64,000 nt of DNA from Eledone cirrhosa (Eukaryota), in assembly GCA_964016885.1 (NCBI GenBank), contig OZ024743.1, positions 371,256,001 through 371,320,000 of the forward strand. Direction: 5' to 3'. The notes under the pieces were generated by a model that was not told the origin of the DNA, did no database searches, and saw only the letters and a list, made by a program, of their open reading frames with translations. Each line of letters begins with the position of its first letter. The stretch's first letter is position 1. The position numbers and the translations under genes were made by a program. This document shows, piece after piece, positions 50,587-63,825 of the stretch.

Positions 50587-50623
50587 TGGTGACTCCGACG
50601 TGATTCGAACACGCAGCCTTCTG
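50587..50623 (-). pseudogene. 3' half of tRNA-Trp including CCA (extended PBS on + strand)
   Basis: minus strand CAGAAGGCTGCGTGTTCGAATCACGTCGGAGTCACCA resembles metazoan tRNA-Trp positions ~40-76. Confidence 0.85.
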
Positions 50624-51309
50624 GGACCTAGCACTACTAAAATATAATAATTGTTTCTACTTTTGGAACAAGGCCATCAATTACCCAGTGCATTACTGGT
50701 ACTTTATTTTATCGACCCCGTAAGGATGAAAGGCAAAGTTAACCTCGGCTATAATAATCATCATTATTGTAGCTCAAGTTTTCTCTCAAACTGTTTGGTT
50801 CAAATATTAAGAAATCATGTCAACATGTATATTAAATACAAGTAACAAACCACATAGTTACTGCTAACACAAAAATGTCAAACAAACACAGCAATCTAAA
50901 CTATAATAAAGTAAGGAGCGCAAGACTGCGTACGGTTTATAATTTTTTATCCCATTAGTAAAATAAGTTGGATTACTTTGAATAAATGATGAATGAATAT
51001 TACATAATTTATCTACTACATTTCGTGGCTGTTGATTAAATATATTTTGTTTATTTAAAGATTCACTTCTTTAAAATTTCTGAAATGTCAACACTTCCGG
51101 TTGGCCATCGCTTAAATAAACATACTAATTTTCTGTCACTAATTTTCTCCTAATGCAGTTTATATATAATATTGTCTTTTTTAATGTATCATGGATTACG
51201 TTGCTGATTACATGAGACAGTGTAACGTAGTCTTCGTTCAATTTCTATGTATTGTCAATTACAATTTTATTTGATGTATCATATCTACATGTATATATAT
51301 CTGCGTATA

Positions 51310-51962
51310 ATAAGCATAAACGAACTAAGGAAAAAATTAGAAATAAGAGGGATCAGATGTTGTTTACTCGAGAGAAGGCTACGTTGGTATGGTCACGTGA
51401 TGCGCATGAAAGACAACAGCTGTATAACAAAGTGCAGGGCAATAAAGATAGACGGTAGCTACGGAGTAGGCAGACCCAGAAAAACCTAGGACGAGCTGAT
51501 AAATTCCGACCTCACACACTTACACCTCTCCAAGACAATGTCACTTGACCGAGACCTTTGGCGGTACTCAGTAATAGAGAAAACCCGCCTTACCTAAATA
51601 CAAAGTAAAACCTACTACAGTCAGTAGGAATCTCTAACAAAATACACCCCCGTCCCACCACCCCCACCCCATCCACACCGCCCCTTCCAATGTAAAGTTA
51701 TGTTGGTGCCACAACATCCAGGCCGAAACAAATGAGGTCGTGTAGGTGTCACGCTGTAATGTGGCCGTGTAGGCAACGCGGTAAAAACCTCCCAGTCCCA
51801 CACTGTAAATGTGGTTGGTGTTAGGAAGGGCATCCAGCTGTAGAAAACCCGCCAGATAGTCCTATGCGAGCAAGACAATCACTCTTGCCTCAAGTGGGAA
51901 AACTCCCGTCCAAACCCATGCAAGCGTGGAACACGGACGTTAAACAATGATGATGATGATGA
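51310..51962 (+). mobile_element. RTE family C 3' fragment
   Basis: matches 27650-28423; (TGA)n tail. Confidence 0.92.
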
Positions 51963-52399
51963 TACACACAACACATGCTAGCAGAAAACCACCCGAAGGG
52001 TGGTTTTTCTGCTAGTACATTGTAATTGACTACAAAATTTAGCCAGAGACAAACCAACAACATCAACAACGCCATCACTACAGCACCACTGTCTCATCAC
52101 CACTCCATCATTGCTACCACCACTATTCCTGCACTACCTTCTGGTCATCAAATTTACTGAGAATGGGGAGAGGGGAGGTAGCAGTAACAAGACTAGAAAG
52201 GAAGACTCTTCGAAAAGATATAAGTAGACTGACTTAGTGCGATATAATAATTTTTATTGTCAATGGGACAGAAGGCAAATAGCAGCAATATCACTCCCAC
52301 CACCACCACCAATTCCATCATAATAGTAATTGTTATTGTTGTATCTCTAAGCTCTCTCAAAATGTTTAGTTCAAAGGATGTCAACTGCTATATTAAATA

Positions 52400-53301
52400 C
52401 TAGCAGAATGGCCCGGTTTTACTCGGGATTTGCTCTAGGGTTCTTATATATTTGATATATATTTATCCTTATTGGGGCCTCGTGAAATAAATACGTTTAT
52501 TTATATTTGTTATTGTGCATGCAAAAATATCTGTACACGAATATATAATTATATATATATCTATATATCTAAAACAGAGAATGTCTTTCTGTCTGTCAGC
52601 TCACTAAAACTTGAGAACCACCCAACCGATTGTTTTCAAACTTTACATATGTAATACTTATGGTCCCGTGAGTGTTTTGAGCAAAAAATATTTCAAATTT
52701 TCAATGCCCTAGGGACCGCATTAGGCGATTTAGCGATCTCTCTCTATAATTCTTAGTCTTTCTTTTTAGATAGATACATAGATATAACGTTGCGCCCTTA
52801 TAATATCTGTCTGGCTGTCTGCATTACGTCATTATGACGCGATCAGTGTGTGTGTGTGTATATATGTATCGTAATGCAGACAGGAAGACATATAGCTTTC
52901 CTTCCCCTCTTCCAGAGTCTCTCTCTCTCTCCCGCTATCCCCCTCTTTTAGTCTTTCTGTTTCTTTCACTCTCACTCTTTCTCTTTATAACTCACTCACA
53001 TTAATACTAAAGGGTTAAGGTATTGTTCTCAAAATAAATAATATTAAATCTATGAGATTTTTATATTATGTGAGATAAAGCCGTTACCATGAAAATAATA
53101 TAGTATATATAGAGTAATGTAAATGCTAAAGGGTTAATTCCATCAGACCATGTGAGAGAGTTTATAAACACTCACGCACACATACACACTCACGCATGAT
53201 GCAAACGCTCACACACACGCGCGCGCACGTACACACACACGCAATAGTTATTCCACTGTCATGTATCTTTGACGCATACAACTCTCAAAAGACGGCGTCT
53301 G

Positions 53302-53350
<49 letters not shown>

Positions 53351-53683
53351 ATCCCCCTCTTTTAGTCTGTCTGTTTCTTTCACTCTCACTCTTTCTCTCT
53401 GTAACTCGTTCACATTTCTCCCCTCTATCTAAAAACGCTGTGACGAATTGGGAGGAGGAGTAGAGAGCCACTCCTTCACATCGCCTCTCCGTTTATTTTT
53501 CTCCCCTCTTACTCCCTCATAATGTACAGAAATTGGCCACTTCACTAATTCGATCACTAGGTCAGAATAATTTTAAATTTTTTTTTGCTCAAACATGTGT
53601 AAAGTTTGAAAAAAAAACGGTTGGATACTTCTCGAGTTTTAGGGAAACAGACAGACAGCCATCCTCTGTTTTATATATATAGA
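52400..53683 (-). mobile_element. Non-autonomous Helitron
   Basis: minus strand A|TC start, CCCG..CGGG hairpin ~8 nt before CTAG|T end; internal (CT)n and (CA)n. Confidence 0.75.
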
Positions 53684-53899
53684 TAAGTAACAAGGCAAAG
53701 AACTACAGAGCAGAAGACAGACAAACGCAACATCAAAAAAAAAGCAAAATACAAATGTTTTGAACGCAACACCCCTACCTTCCTCGTTGCTATGGCTACG
53801 AACTAATCGTAGCTAAAATCAAAAACAACAGCAGCAGCAACAACAACACTAGTAAACGATGCTACTGGCTTTGACAAAAAGGCAGACATTCAAACATTA

Positions 53900-56745
53900 C
53901 AATGACACCGTGCGGGGTAGAGAAGTCCCCTAAGTCCAGTAAGACAACCTCTCTAGTGCTAGTGGCACAAATAAAAGCACCCAGTCCATGCTGTAAAATG
54001 GAGGGGTGGAGTGGGGCTCTGAGTCTGTAAGACAACCTCTCTAGTGCTTGTGGCACGAATAAAACCACCCAGTCCATGCTGTAAAGTGGTGCTGGTGTTA
54101 GGAAGGGCATCCAACCAGTGTATTAATGCCAAAACAATTATGAGCACAACAAATATATATCTCAATAACTGTGTGAACAGCAATAACACTAACCATGATA
54201 GGGCTGTGTACGGTAGTGGGGTGGCTAATGCGGCCATGTGTGTGAACCCCCACCGTCATCAAGCAATCGTTGCAGAAAAGGAAGAAATTTCAACGAAAAA
54301 CGTTGCATCTCAGAGTTGCCACACTTAATGTTGGCACCCTGACAGGTAGATCTGGTGAGATAGCGGAGATGCTAGAGAGAAGACATGTGGATGTGTGCTG
54401 CGTGCAAGAGGTGAGATGGAGAGGTGCCTCAGCAAGAATAATCGCAGGCAAACATCTTAGCTATAAGCTTTCCTGGGTAGGAAATGATGATGGGTTAGGT
54501 GGGGTAGGCATTTTACTGGCCGAGAGGTGGATCAATAAGACAATAGAGGTAGTTAGAGTCAGTAATTAAGATTAGATTAGTTGTAAGCAAGAGACTGCTG
54601 ACAATTATCTCAACCTCTGCTCCCCAGGCGGGCCTAGGTAAAGAAGAGAAGGACTACTTTTACGAGCAACTTCTAGAAATAACCACAATGCCAGAGGACA
54701 GAGACCTAGTTAAACTAGCAGGGGACTTCAATGGTCATGTTGGACAGCTTCAGGATGGATACACTGGGGTACATGGGGATCATGGTTATGGCTCAAGAAA
54801 CGAAGAAGGAGTGAGGCTTCTTGAATTTTGTGATGCAGGTGAACTAACCATTTGCAACACTAACTTCAAGAAACCTACCAATCAGATGAGCACACAAGCC
54901 AGATTGACTTCTTGCTAGTTAGGCAACGAGACAGAGAGATGGTGTCAAATACTAAGGCATACCCAAGGGGAAGAATGTACCCCCCAGCATAGGTTAGTCG
55001 TTAGTGACATCTCAGTAAGCAAGAGACAAAATGAGACATACAGGAAGGTGTGGAAAAGGAAGGTCTGGAAGCTAAAAGACCTTTCACTAAAATATAAATT
55101 TAGGAAAGCCCTTCAAGATGTGTATGACGAAAAAGAAGACGATTTAGAGATGTATGACATAGATAATAACTAGAATTTCTTACGTGACAACTTACTGCAG
55201 GCTACTGAAGAAACTTGTGGCTGAATCAGTGCTCCGAACGGACAGAGGGTGACCTGGTGGTGGAACAGCATGGTAGATAGGGCCATTAGAGACAAAAGAC
55301 TAGCATGGAATGCTTGGAAAAATGGGGGTAGAGACCTTTATGCATCCGCTGAAAGAGAGAAGCTGGACTTCAGGTGTACTTAGCATGCAGGGAGGCTGAG
55401 AGTAGGAGGTTTTCCATTGTTCTGCAACGAGAAGATCAGAGACGTGTGGTGTTCCGCATTGCAAGGAAGTGTGTCAGTGTAAATCAGGATGTTGTTGGAG
55501 ATAAGTGTGTCTGAAATGATGCGGGTGTACTTAGTGTCACGAATGATCTGAAAAAGGAGACCTGGAAATGTCATTACATGAGACTGATGAATGTTGAGAA
55601 CAAATGGGAGAGACAGAAACTACCCCCAGTAGACCCAACAAAGGGACCAGCTATTGAGATTGACGAATATAGGGCCCAAGAGACAATTAAGGAAATGAAA
55701 AGTGGTAAACTCGCTGGACCTTCAGGGATAGTTGCTGAGATGCTGAAGGCATCAGGGGACGTAGGCACTAAACTGGTTGCATCGTCAACCAAGCTATATA
55801 TGGCGGAGTCATACCTAACGACTGGTGCAGCAGTATCATTATAAATTGCTACAAAGGAAAAGGGGATGCTCTGGAGAGGAGCAATTATAGGGGCATAAAA
55901 CAGATGGATCAGGTTATGAAAGTGGCAGAAAGAATACTAGCGCAACTAATTAGAGAAAGGGTCAAACTAGATGAGATGAAGTTTGGTTTTGTGCCTGGGA
56001 AAAGTACAACGGATGCCCTCTTCTTGGTTAGACAATTACAAGAGAGGTTCTTAGAGAAGAATAAGCCACTATACTTAGCTTTTGTTGACCTAGAGAAGGC
56101 CTTTGATAGGGTACCCCGGTCTGTTATCTGGTGGTCCCTAAGGGAACTAGGTTTTGAGGAATGGCTTGAGAGGACAGTGCAAGCTATATACAGGGGTGCT
56201 GTCAGTAAAGTGAGAGTAGGAATGGAGTTTAGTGAGGAATTCCAGATACAAGTAGGAGTACATCAGGGTTCGGTCACCAGTCCACTCTTGTTCATTATAG
56301 TCCTCCAAGCTATAACAGAGGAGTTTAAGACTGGCTGTCCATGGGAACTTCTTTATGCTGACGATCTGGTTCTTATAGCAGAATCAGTAGAGGAGCTAGA
56401 GAATAAATTCTGGCTATGGAACCAGCAGTTGGAATCAAGAGGACTGAGAGTGAACATGGCTAAGACAAAAGTGTTGATAAGTAGGAAAGAGGACAAAACT
56501 CTGATTCCATCAGGGAAATGGACATGTTCGATATGCAGGAAAGGAGTTGGCATAAATTCTATATAATGTACAGAATGCAGATCTTGGGTACACAAGAAAT
56601 GTAGCGGGATAGCAGGCAAACTAACAGGTAGGGAAAACTACATATGCAGTAGATGTACAGGGAAATTTGACAGTAGAAGTCACAGTGATAGACACATTTT
56701 TCAATTACAGGTAGGATCTATAGAGGTGGTTGATAGCTTCCAATA
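53900..56745 (+). mobile_element. RTE family A-related LINE with 5' UTR, 3'-truncated, degenerate
   Basis: VATLNVGTL, AGDFNGH, RT ORF 55904-56566, PHD remnant; repeat modules in 5' UTR at 53940-54115. Confidence 0.9.
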
Positions 56746-56749
56746 CTTG

Positions 56750-57045
56750 GTGGTTGATAGCTTTCTATCGTTAGTATTATTACCATTATTACTATTTCTC
56801 ACTTTCCTGCTATTGTTATTGTCATGGCTGTTATTTCTATACTCAGAGTTATTGTTTATATTACTACTACCGTTATACACCGATAATAATACTAACGATA
56901 GACAGAACAACAACAACCACAATAATAATAATGATAATAATAGAAACATTAACCACAGACACAGCAGCAGCGACCACAGTAGTAATAACGGTAACAATAC
57001 GAACAACAACAATAACCACAGTGGTAATAATGTAAATAGTACATG
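56750..57045. repeat. (TAT)/(AAT/AAC) low-complexity tract
   Basis: direct reading; 17-bp inverted repeat CTATCGTTAGTATTATT. Confidence 0.8.
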
Positions 57046-57051
57046 TGGCAA

Positions 57052-58697
57052 CATCTGGAATTCCTCACTAAACTCCATTCCTACCCAGTTCCTCTGTACA
57101 AAGTTTGCACTGTCCTCACAAGCCATTCCTCAAAACCTAGCTTCCTTAGGGACCACCAGATGACAGATCGGGGTTCCCTATCAAAGGCCTTCTCTAGGTC
57201 AACAAAGGCTAAGTATAGTGGCTTATTTTTCTCTAAGAACCTCTCTTGCAATTGTCTCACCAAGAAGAGGGCATCTGTTGTACTCTTCCCAGGCACAAAA
57301 CCAAACTGCATCTCATCTAGTTTGACCCTTTCTCTAATTAGTTGTGCTAATATCCTTTCTGCCACTTTCATAACCTGATCTAACAGTTTTATACCCCTAT
57401 AATTGCTCCTCTCCAGAGCATCCCCTTTACCTTTGTAGCAATTTATGAGAATACTGCTGCACCAGTGTTTGGGTATGACACCACCATATATAGCCTGATT
57501 GATGATGCGTGCAACCAGTTTAGTACCTACGTCCCTGATGCCTTCAGCATCTCAGCAACTATTCCCGATGGTCCAGCAGCCTTACCCTTTTTCTTTTCCC
57601 TAATCGCCTCTTGGACCCTATATTCGTCAATCTCAATAGCTGGTCCCTCTGTCGGATCTACTGAGGGTAATTTCTCTCTCTCCCATTCGTTCTCCACATT
57701 CATCAGTCTCTCATAATGACATTTCCAGGCCTCCTTTTTCTGATCATTTGTGACACTAAGTACACCGGTATCATTCCGGACACATTTATCTCCAACAACA
57801 TCCTGATTTGCATTGACACACTGCCTTGCAATGTGGAACACTGCACGCCTCTGATCTTCCCGTCACAGAACATTGGCAAACCTCCAACTCTCAGCCTCCC
57901 TGCGTGCTAAGTACACCTGACGTCTAGCTTCTCTCTTAGCGTCTGTATATTCTTCCCTACTCCCACCCATTTTCCAAGCCTTCCATGCTAGTCTTTTGTC
58001 TCTAATGGCCTTATCTACTGTGCTGTTCCACCACCAGGTCACTCTCTGACTGGTTGGAGCTCTGCTCCAGCCTCAAGTTTCATCAGTAGCCTGCAGTAAG
58101 TTGTCACCTAAGAAATTCCAGTTATTATCTATGTCATACATCTCTAAATCGTCTTGTTTTTCGTCATACATATCTTGAAGGGCTTTCCTAAATTTGTATT
58201 TTAGTGAAAGGTCTTTTAGCTTCCAGACCTTTCTTCTCCACACCTTCCTGTATGTCTCATTCCATCTCTTGCTTACTGAGATATCACTAACGACGAACCT
58301 ATGCTGTGGGGTACATTCTTCCCCAGGGTATGCCTTGGTATTAAACAATATATGTCTGTCCCGCTGCCTAACTAGTAAGAAGTCAATCTGGCTTATGTGC
58401 TCGCCAGATTTGTAGGTTATTAGGTGATTGGCAGGTTTCTGGAAGTTTGTGTTGCAAATAGACAGTGTACTTGCATCACAAAATTCAAGAAGTCTCACTC
58501 CTTCTTCATTTCTTGAGCCGTAACCGTGCCCACCATGTACCCCAGTGTAACCATCCTGGAGCTGTTCAACATGACCATTGAAGTTCCCTGCTAGCATAAC
58601 GATGTCTTCGTCCTCTGTCATTGCGGTTGTTTGTAAAAGTTGCTCGTAAAAGCAGTCTTTCTCATCTTTGCCTAGGCTTGCTTGGGGAGCATAGGCA
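57052..58697 (-). mobile_element. RTE family A internal fragment
   Basis: reverse complement of ~21241-22875. Confidence 0.92.
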
Positions 58698-58699
58698 AG

Positions 58700-59110
58700 T
58701 GTTTTCATTTTGTCCTTAATTGTAAGTTGTGATGTTGCTGTTCCATTCATGTTTTCTATTTAATTTTGGTTGGAGTTTATTTATGTTTATTGCCTCTGTG
58801 ATGTGTCTAAACATTGCGTCTTTTCTGTGTGTAGATTCTATTTTTATTTCTATGTTCTCTAATTTACCCTTATGTTCTATTTTACCATGTTGGTAGAGTA
58901 CAGATGATTCTTTACTATCTTGAAGGTCTCGCCAGTGTTCATTTATCTGTTCCCCTATACTACGAGCTGTCTCACCTATGTACACTATATTCTTATCTCT
59001 ACATTGTCCTTCAGTACATCTTATGCTATATACTACATTTCTAGTTTTACAGTTAATATGGGGGCTTAATTTACAGATTATACATTTCTTGTCTATACAG
59101 GGAGGTCTTT
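58700..59110 (-). mobile_element. PLE GIY-YIG fragment
   Basis: CIDKKCIIC..CKTRNVVYSIRC..YIGETARS..EH..EAININKLQPKLN. Confidence 0.85.
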
Positions 59111-59119
59111 TCAAAGACC

Positions 59120-60335
59120 TCCCTGTATAGACAAGAAATGTATACTCCGACGGGGGTATGTCGGAGGCCACACTCCGAGAGTAAGGGGGATGGAACCATA
59201 GGACGTTACGGTGTCCTTGTACGTTTGCTACGGGTGGTTCCATCAGGGTAACCGTCCTTATGCATGTTAATGCGCTGTAGCCCATTATGTGCACCTTTCA
59301 CTTTATACTCGGGTGCACTCTTCCTCCTTCTGCTATGTTTATCTACAGGAAGATGTTGGTAGTAGGCCGTTGCCTTTGTTGATTTTATAGTAGGGGAATA
59401 ATTCGAGTAGGCTACAGTGGTCACTGTCACCGGGGTCGTGATCTTTATTGTGTGGTAAGTTACCTATACTGTCGCCAGTCTAATTAACGTTGCGGCTGTG
59501 TTCCTTAGTGCGATTATCTATACTATTATATTCGACTCCTACGAAGTCGCCGCGTGATCGGTTATAGGTATGGCTTACTATAACGTTCGTCTTATGAGGG
59601 GGTGGTTTCTGGAGCTAGCGTTAGAGATGTAGGAAATTCCTTGGTTAAAGCCAGTGCTTATCAAGGCCCTATTGTAGTAATCGGCCGCTTGGTTGAATAT
59701 ATCGTCATTGGCGGAGAGCCTCGAGATCCTATGTGAGATGCTATAGACTATGATGGAGTTGAGAGTCAGCTTAGGGTGGTTGGAGGCATAATTAATATAA
59801 GAAAAACTCTCTCCAAGCTAATGGTATGGCTTGTATAGGCCCGTACTCAACTCCAGGGTCACGTCCAGGAAGTTGACAACCTGGTGGTTGAGGTCTATAA
59901 TTACGGATAGGCCGTATGACTTGAAGAACCTGTGTATATGTTTGTTAAGGTTCTCTATCCTATGGGGGCTATGGTTCCTAACGGTAAACAGGGCGTCGTC
60001 CCTATATACACCTCCTTGTAGGGCCGGTACCTCGTCCCTAAGCTTATGGAGGAGGTATATTCCGACCAGGTCAGTTGCTTGCGCTAAGTCGCTGGACCCC
60101 AGCGTGATATCGAAGTTATCAGGACGGTTGGTTCTGGTCCAGTGGGAGCCTTCGAACTGGATAATGGTTCTACGCGCCGCTAGAATTATGTCTATTTCTT
60201 TTTTAGTGAGGCTATTGTTAGATTTAGCTATTAGGAGTGCCTTATTTAAGAGTATGGGGGAGATAGAGGCGTAGTAACTATCTATGTCAAACTGGATGAA
60301 CTTCAGGGTCCCTTTATCAGGCAACTCTGTGTCCG
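59120..60335 (-). mobile_element. PLE RT fragment
   Basis: QFDIDSYYASI, FDITLGS, GVYRDD, NFLDVTL, KPYH; LWFHPPYS. Confidence 0.88.
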
Positions 60336-61151
60336 TATATAGAACAAGTAACAGTAACAGAACAATAATAGAACAATAATGACAGTAGTAATCATTGTTC
60401 CAAAGTGGAACAGGTGGAGAGTATATAGTCACGATTGACGGGGTACACATTCAAGGGGACGCCCGGCCCGGTCGCCATGGGGCATGGCACTGTGGCTGGG
60501 GTGTGCTGTTCTATATGTTTGGGGTATCGGACCAGGCGGCAGTGGGCCCCATGTTAGCCAGTCCCGGCCCATGCAATGTATCTTCCAATGTTGTGTGCTT
60601 GGTTAGGTGCGCCCCTGGTTTACATATGTTTGCCTCACGGGTCACACACTGTCATCAGGGCACGGCGTCAGGTCCCCTACTTCTGTTGGGCAAATCGGGT
60701 CTGTGCGTACCCGTCCCCATGCCCCCAGCCTGTGTCACCTGGAAGATTCCATGCTGCAAATGTGCATCTTCTCTGGTATCTGCAGGTCATGATAATTTCA
60801 GACTTCAGGTTGATGGCGTTATCTTTCAGTCTGATGGGTCCGTGGAAGTGAGGGAGAGATGCGTACGTGTGTGTATGCACGAATGTGTCTGAATGTGTGT
60901 GTATATTCGTATGTGTGGGTGCCTACTCTGGAGTGTGAACAGATGTGTGAGATACTGAACACAGCATGACTCCATTGAAGTGTGTTGGATGGAAAATGGC
61001 TGATGACCTGTGTAGCAGTAAATACTGACCAGAACTTATGATGACGTGGATTAAAAATAGCCAATGGCATGACAACAGTGGAAGAGGGTTTTTTTAGGGT
61101 GTTTTTTGATGATAACACCCCAGTGATAAAATTTTCTCCGAACGAACTACC

Positions 61152-61242
61152 CGTGCCTGAAAGAACCTGCAGCCGTACAATCAGCCAGATCCATACAGGG
61201 ACCATGTCTCGAGCTACCTGCCGGCGAAACAATTGTAACACG
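61152..61242 (+). ncRNA. Degenerate type I hammerhead candidate
   Basis: CGTGC-CTGAAAGA-ACCTGCAG..CTGCCGGC-GAAA-CAATTG-TA-ACACG. Confidence 0.5.
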
Positions 61243-61307
61243 CAATAAATTAAGTCCAGATGCATCACTGATTTTTCGTTTTCTTTATACTATATATATA
61301 TATATAG

Positions 61308-62610
61308 AGAGAGAAGAAAATCCAAACATGGAAGCACGGCCTAGAATCAAAAGGCCTTAAAATTAACCTGGCTAAGACCAAAGTTCTAGTTTGTAGGAAA
61401 GAAAATAAGGCGGCGGTCCCTTCCGGGAAGTGGCCATGCTCAGTGTGTAGGAAAGGCGTAGGTAGAAACTCCATTTTGTGTCCGAAATGCAAAGTATGGG
61501 TACATAAAAGATGTAGTGGGATCACAGGTAAGCTAACTAAGAACATAGATTTCACATGTGGCCGGTGCTCTGGTGCAATAAGTAGCAGCAAGTGCCCACG
61601 AAATATTAGCTCTTTCAACTGCGCAGAGGGCTCTATAGAAATAGTGGACAGCTTCCGTTACCTGGGTGACAAAATCAGCAGTGGGGGAGGGTGCTCTGAA
61701 AGTACAGTAGCTAGAGTCAGAACTGGATGGAAAAAGTTCAGAGAGCTTATACCACTATTAGCCGCTAAAGGGTTCTCCCTAAAAATGAAAGGCAGGTTGT
61801 ATGATGCCTGCATACGAACAGCAATGTTGCATGGCAGTGAGACCTGGGCATTGTGTGCAGAGGATATACGCAGACTAGAGAGGAACGAAGCTTGCATGCT
61901 CCGCTGGATGTGTAATAGTAATATACGTGAACAGCAAAGCATAAACGAACTAAGGAAAAAATTAGAAATAAGAGGGACCAGATGTTGTTTACTCGAGAGA
62001 AGGCTACGTTGGTATGGACACGTGATGCGCATGAAAGACGATAGCTGTATAACAAAGTGCAGGGCAATAAAGATAGACGGTAGCCACGGAATAGGCAGAC
62101 CCAGAAAAACCTGGGACGAGCTGATAAATTCCGACCTCACACACTTACACCTCTCCAAGACAATGTCACTGGACCGAGACCTTTGGCGGTACTCAGTAAT
62201 AGAGAAGACCCGCCTTATCTAAATACATAGTAAAACCTACTACAGTCAGTAGGCATCTCTAACAAAATACACCCCCGTCCAAACACCCCCACCCCATCCA
62301 CACCGCCCCCTTCTATGTAAAGTTATGTTGGTGCCACACCATCCAGGCCGAAACAAATGAGATCATATAGGTGTCACGACAAAAAAACACAGTCCACGCT
62401 GTAATGTGGCCGTGTAGGCAACACGGTAAAAACCTCCCAGCTCCACACTGTAAATGCGGTTGGTGTTAGGAAGGGCATCCAGCTGTAGAAAACCCGCCAG
62501 ACAGTCCTATGCGAGCAAGTCAATCACTCTTGCCTCAAGTGGGAAAACCCCCGTCCAAACCCATGCAAGCGTGGAACACGGACGTTAAACGTTGATGATG
62601 ATGATGATGA

Positions 62611-62611
<1 letters not shown>
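61308..62611 (+). mobile_element. RTE family C 3' third (PHD, C-terminus, 3' UTR)
   Basis: ORF 61443-62222 uninterrupted; (TGA)n tail. Confidence 0.93.
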
Positions 62612-62698
<87 letters not shown>

Positions 62699-62963
62699 TA
62701 CACATATCATATATTGAGTTAGAAACTAAAAATAGTCTCTTAAAATTAAATAGCTCAAAGAAAGATTTTCTGAGCCGTGTAATATAATTGAATATACAAG
62801 AGAGATAAACACAAATATAAACATACGTGTGTTTGAATTGTAAGTGACCAAGTTCACTAGGGTGAAAAAAATACTAACTATAACAATATGATTTGCCAGA
62901 CTCAATTTAACGTAATAAATCAAGAAAAAGAAGAACAACCCTATATAGGACAACTGCCTGAAA

Positions 62964-63042
62964 CACCCAGACAGCTCTGGTAGCTGTTTCGCAATTTATT
63001 TAGCGAAGGAAATTACCAATTTTCTGCTCTTCAATATAGGTT
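62964..63042 (-). ncRNA. Degenerate hammerhead candidate
   Basis: minus strand ACCTATA-TTGAAGA-GCA..TGC-GAAA-CAGCT/AGCTG-TC-TGGGT. Confidence 0.45.
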
Positions 63043-63330
63043 TGTTCTTCTTTTTCCTACTATTGCCGGTAGCAGTCATTAGTTTGACAAGTAACTTTAC
63101 ACTAGCACCGGTATTTACCACCCTTAGCTTACAAACACCTTTCCTCCATTTTTCTATACTGAACAATGCATTCCAATGTCAAAGTATTATTCTACCCGTA
63201 TAGGGTATTTAATTAAAAACTTTGCCTTTGCATCTGCCTCACATGAGCCCCATTGGGCGAAACATATGTAAGAGCTTCATAAAGATATGTTTTAATGGCT
63301 TGTAACTCTTTCATTAATCATTTTGCTTAT

Positions 63331-63366
<36 letters not shown>

Positions 63367-63369
<3 letters not shown>

Positions 63370-63724
63370 ATATATAAGATCAAAAGATGGTTAAATGAGT
63401 TCCATGTATTTTATTATGCGCATTTCAAAAACAAATATCATCATGCAATAACATTTGTGTTTTCATCAGATAAAATAGGAGGACATGATATGAAGGTTAA
63501 AAACACTTGTGGATAGTGCAGTTTTAAATCAACATATATTGATTTAAATCAATATATGTTGATTTAAAACTGCACTATCCACAAGTGTTTTTAACCTTCA
63601 TATCATGTCCTCCTATTTTATCTGATGAAAACACAAATGTTATTGCATGATGATATTTGTTTTTGAAATGCGCATAATAAAATACATGGAACTCATTTAA
63701 CCATCTTTTGATCTTATATATTAT
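63367..63724. repeat. Spacerless 358-bp palindrome of PLE pLTR, with a hammerhead in each arm (63409-63475 -, 63616-63682 +)
   Basis: centre GATTT|AAATC at 63545/6; same family as 33570-33724. Confidence 0.9.
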
Positions 63725-63825
63725 GTATACTCCAGTCCTACAAACTGTAGAGTGCTTCTTATCCGATATCTGCATTGCTTTATTGTACTACAATAAAACT
63801 CACCTCCTACATATATATATATATA

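Noticed and set aside
50587-50623. Functional tRNA-Trp gene
   Set aside because: Only the 3' half is present and CCA is encoded, indicating a copy of mature tRNA
56701-57163. Leu-rich and Asn-rich ORFs resembling membrane or prion-like proteins
   Set aside because: Trinucleotide low-complexity tract between RTE fragments
60395-60892. 165-aa GC-richer ORF
   Set aside because: No recognisable motif or splice context; probably decayed TE sequence I cannot assign
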